This document shows, piece by piece, positions 61,107-64,000 of a stretch of 64,000 nt of DNA. The position numbers were made by a program, and so were the translations under genes. The notes beneath the pieces are model-generated. The model was given only the letters and a program-made list of their open reading frames with translations, searched no databases and was not told the DNA's origin. The stretch comes from Squalus acanthias (lineage: Eukaryota). Location of the stretch: NCBI GenBank assembly GCA_030390025.1, contig CM059425.1, positions 173,912,001 to 173,976,000 of the forward strand, written 5' to 3'. Position 1 is the stretch's first letter; every line of letters begins with the position of its first letter.

Positions 61107-63095
61107 AGCTGGAATTAGCCCTATGAAATGAGTATGGGTTTGCGAGCGGGTGAGCTGTTAAAAGCGCTGAGATTGACAGTGCGTCGGGAACCCGCCTTCA
61201 TCCCTCCAACTTCCGCCTTTTACTCCGGTGCGTTTTTCAGCCCCCCAGAGACACGCTCAGGTGAGGCGGCTGACCTCATTCAAGTATTTAAGAGGTCGTT
61301 AAAAGACTATTAAGAGGCTTTTTAACCTGTGGTTTCAGCTTGTACTGGTTATGCATGGGATTCACGGGCTTCCTGAAACTTGCCTCCAAGCAAGACGAGA
61401 GGTGAGCGGCCATTGTGTGAGTTGAACAATTGACAGTTGAAATAATCACATAAATACTCACACCTGCTTCCTTGCCTAAGGGAAAGGCCCTTGCTGACCT
61501 CATTGTTGCAGAGAATTTGCTTTCAGGAGTTTGCAGGTGATTTCTGCAATCTGGGAAGCCATTCTCACTACATTGGAGGATTGTGCCTCTGATCTTCACT
61601 TTACCTGGCATCTATCAGATCAGCATGGGTGCCACTTATGCTATTTCACCTTGGACCTCAGATTCGGACCAAGATGAGCCCCAGCACAACAACAGCAGCA
61701 GCAGCAGCCTTCTCCTCTCCGACCTGCTGCTGCACAGGAGAGAGGGGAGCAGCACAGGGGTGCACCTCGCCGGAGGTGATACCCCCAACACAGGGTATAT
61801 AGGCAGAGGATGAGCTTCCTGGACATGACTGAACAGCAGTGCCTCAGGAGACTCAGGCTATCACGTCAGGTCGTGGCAGACATTTGTAGCTTGCTGGAAG
61901 AAGACCTGCTGCCAAGTGGACCTGGTGGACACGCCTTACCAGTGGCTGTCAAAGTCACCACCGCCCTCAACTTCTTCGCTCAGGCTCCTTCCAGGGATCT
62001 GCAGCAGACATTTGCAGGATCTCGCAGTCGACCGCCCACAGATGCATCACCCAGGTGACCGATGTCATGTTTAATAAATCAGCCACCTATGTAAACTTTA
62101 CCACTGATGAAGCCAGTGTGACTGAGTGGGTGCTCGGCTTTGCGGCTCTGGCTGGCTTCCCACAGGTGCAGGGCGTCATCGACTGCACACATGTGCCCAT
62201 CAAGGCACCCCAAGATCACCCAGGAGTGTTTGTGAACCGTAAGGGCTTCTACCCCCTCAATGTACAGCTCGTCAGCAACCACAAAAAGATCATCATGCAT
62301 GTGTGTGCCAGATTCCCAGGGAGCTGTCATGACTCTTTCGTCCTTCGCCAGTCCACCCTCCCTCAGCTCTTCGCACCTCTGACCAGACTTACCAGCTGGC
62401 TGCTTAGAGACAAGGGTTATCCACTGAAGACGTGGCTGATGGCACCCTTGATGAGGCCAAGCAATGAGGCCGAGGGCACCCTTGATGAGGCCAGTCAATG
62501 AGGCCGAGGAGCGCTATAATGAAAGCCACATGTCCACCAGATGTGTCATAGAGCAAGCAATCGGCATGCTGAAGATACGCTTCAGATGCTTTGACAGATC
62601 TGGAGGAGCCCTTCAGTACTCACCAGCCAGGATCTCCAGAATGATCGTCATATTCTGCGCGCTGCACAACATAGCACAGCAGTGAGGATTGGACCTGCAG
62701 GAGGAGCAAGGTGCAGAGCCTCCTCGGAGGAAGATGAGGAGGAGGAGCAGGTGGAGGAACCTGAGGTGCAGATGGCACCAGCAGTGGTGTGCATTGCTGC
62801 GCGGGAGTCCCGGGATGGACTCATAATGGCACGATTTAGTTAGGTTGCAGCAGTGCACCCATATGGCACCCAGATGCTGAAACAAATTCCCCCCGCCCAC
62901 CCACCAAACCACAAAGCAGTCCTAAAATGACCAAACCATTCTTGTCACACACACCCATTGCTCGAGGTTAAGTAATGTCTTACCATTCACTCCAACTGAC
63001 AAGGCCACTTCCCAGTTAGCAGGCAAAAATGGACAAGATGGGAAAGTAGTGCAAAGAAATAAATTTATGCGGGTTATAAATAGAACTGAAACTTA
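61107..63095 (+). mobile_element. Second copy of the 23654 Harbinger family (transposase pseudogene ~61625-62840), interrupted by an RTE LINE
   Basis: Collinear high similarity with 23654-25665, frameshifts, and a 34-bp duplication at 62441-62508. Confidence 0.85.
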
Positions 63096-63099
63096 ACGC

Positions 63100-64000
63100 T
63101 GTCTTCTTCTTAGGCAGTCCCTCGGAACCGAGGATGACTTGCTTCCACACTGAAAATGAATTCTCAGGTGACTGATGAGTCCAATGCGGGACCTAAAGTC
63201 TCTGTTAGAGGTGGGGCAGACGGTGGTTGAAGGGGCGGGTGGGGTGCTTGGGTTGACGTGCGCTCCTTCCGCTGTTTGCGCTTGGCTTCCGCTTGCTCCC
63301 GGCGAAGAGACTCGAGGTGTTCGGCGCCTTCCCGGATGCTTCTCCACCTTGTGCGGTCTTGGGCCAGGGATTCCCAGGTGTCGATGGGTATGCTGCACTT
63401 TTTCAAGGAGGCTTTGAGGGTGTCCTTGAAGCGCTTCCTCTGCCCACCTGGGGCTCTCTTGCCGTGTCAGAGCTCAGAGTAGAGCGCTTGTTTTGGGAGG
63501 CTCGTATCGGACATGCGGACGATGTGGCCCATCCATCGGAGCTGATTGAGCGTGGTCAAAGCTTCAATGCGGGGGGATGTTGGCCTGAGGGAGAAGAGCG
63601 TTGGTGCGATGACAAAGCCTTGCTTGACCCCGGTCCGTACGTGAATTGGGTCTATGGTGGATCCATTGGTCAGGATCACGGCTTGCATGTCGTCGTGAAG
63701 CAGGCGGAGGATGGTGACAAACTTTTGAGGGCAGCCGAATTTGAGGAGGACGCTCCATAATCCCTCACGGTTGACGGTGTCGAAGGCCTTTGTGAGGTCA
63801 AAGAAGGCCATGTATAGCGGTTGTGCTGTTCCCTGCATTTCTCTTGTAGTTGACGTGCGGTGAAGATCATGTCCATTGTGCCCCTTAGTGGGTGGAATCC
63901 GCATTGCGACTCTGGGAGGAGCTCTTCAGCCACTGGGAGAAGACGATTGAGGAGGATTCTTGCAATGACTTTCCCTGTGGCAGACAGCAGGGAGACTCCT
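63100..64000 (-). mobile_element. RTE-clade (BovB-like) LINE with an internal deletion, running off the window
   Basis: LLPESQCGF...DMIFTARQLQEKCREQ, FFDLTKAFDTV, GVKQG.VIAPTLF and QLRWMGHIVRM motifs; (GAA)n tail. Confidence 0.85.

Noticed and set aside
41838..64000. Next CAMK4 exon (YLHENGIVHRDLKPEN)
   Set aside because: Not found by eye or in the ORF track; it presumably lies beyond the window.

Overview
Eukaryotic (vertebrate) genomic DNA. The repeat landscape (CR1, L2, Penelope-like, DeuSINE, abundant PIF/Harbinger) suggests a cartilaginous fish; that taxon call is inference. The only host coding sequence is two small + strand exons of CAMK4 (9334-9416, 41765-41837) separated by a 32.3-kb intron. 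Most of the rest is intronic transposon sequence. The highlight is an apparently intact two-gene PIF/Harbinger DNA transposon (35801-39992). It carries a 383-aa DDE transposase on the - strand and a convergent 3-exon, 459-aa Myb/SANT-like gene on the + strand. It lies at the centre of a 4-level nest (CR1 > L2 > older Harbinger > intact Harbinger), with related MITEs nearby. Other notable structures are an 81-bp-stem hairpin built from transposase sequence, a MITE with 228-bp fold-back arms, a solo LTR with a 4-bp TSD inserted at a transposase TATA box, and decayed hammerhead-ribozyme motifs in Penelope-like termini. All family names come from motif recognition by eye, not from database searches. 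Most ORFs in the supplied track are spurious or TE fragments. I see no prokaryote-type system such as a CRISPR array.
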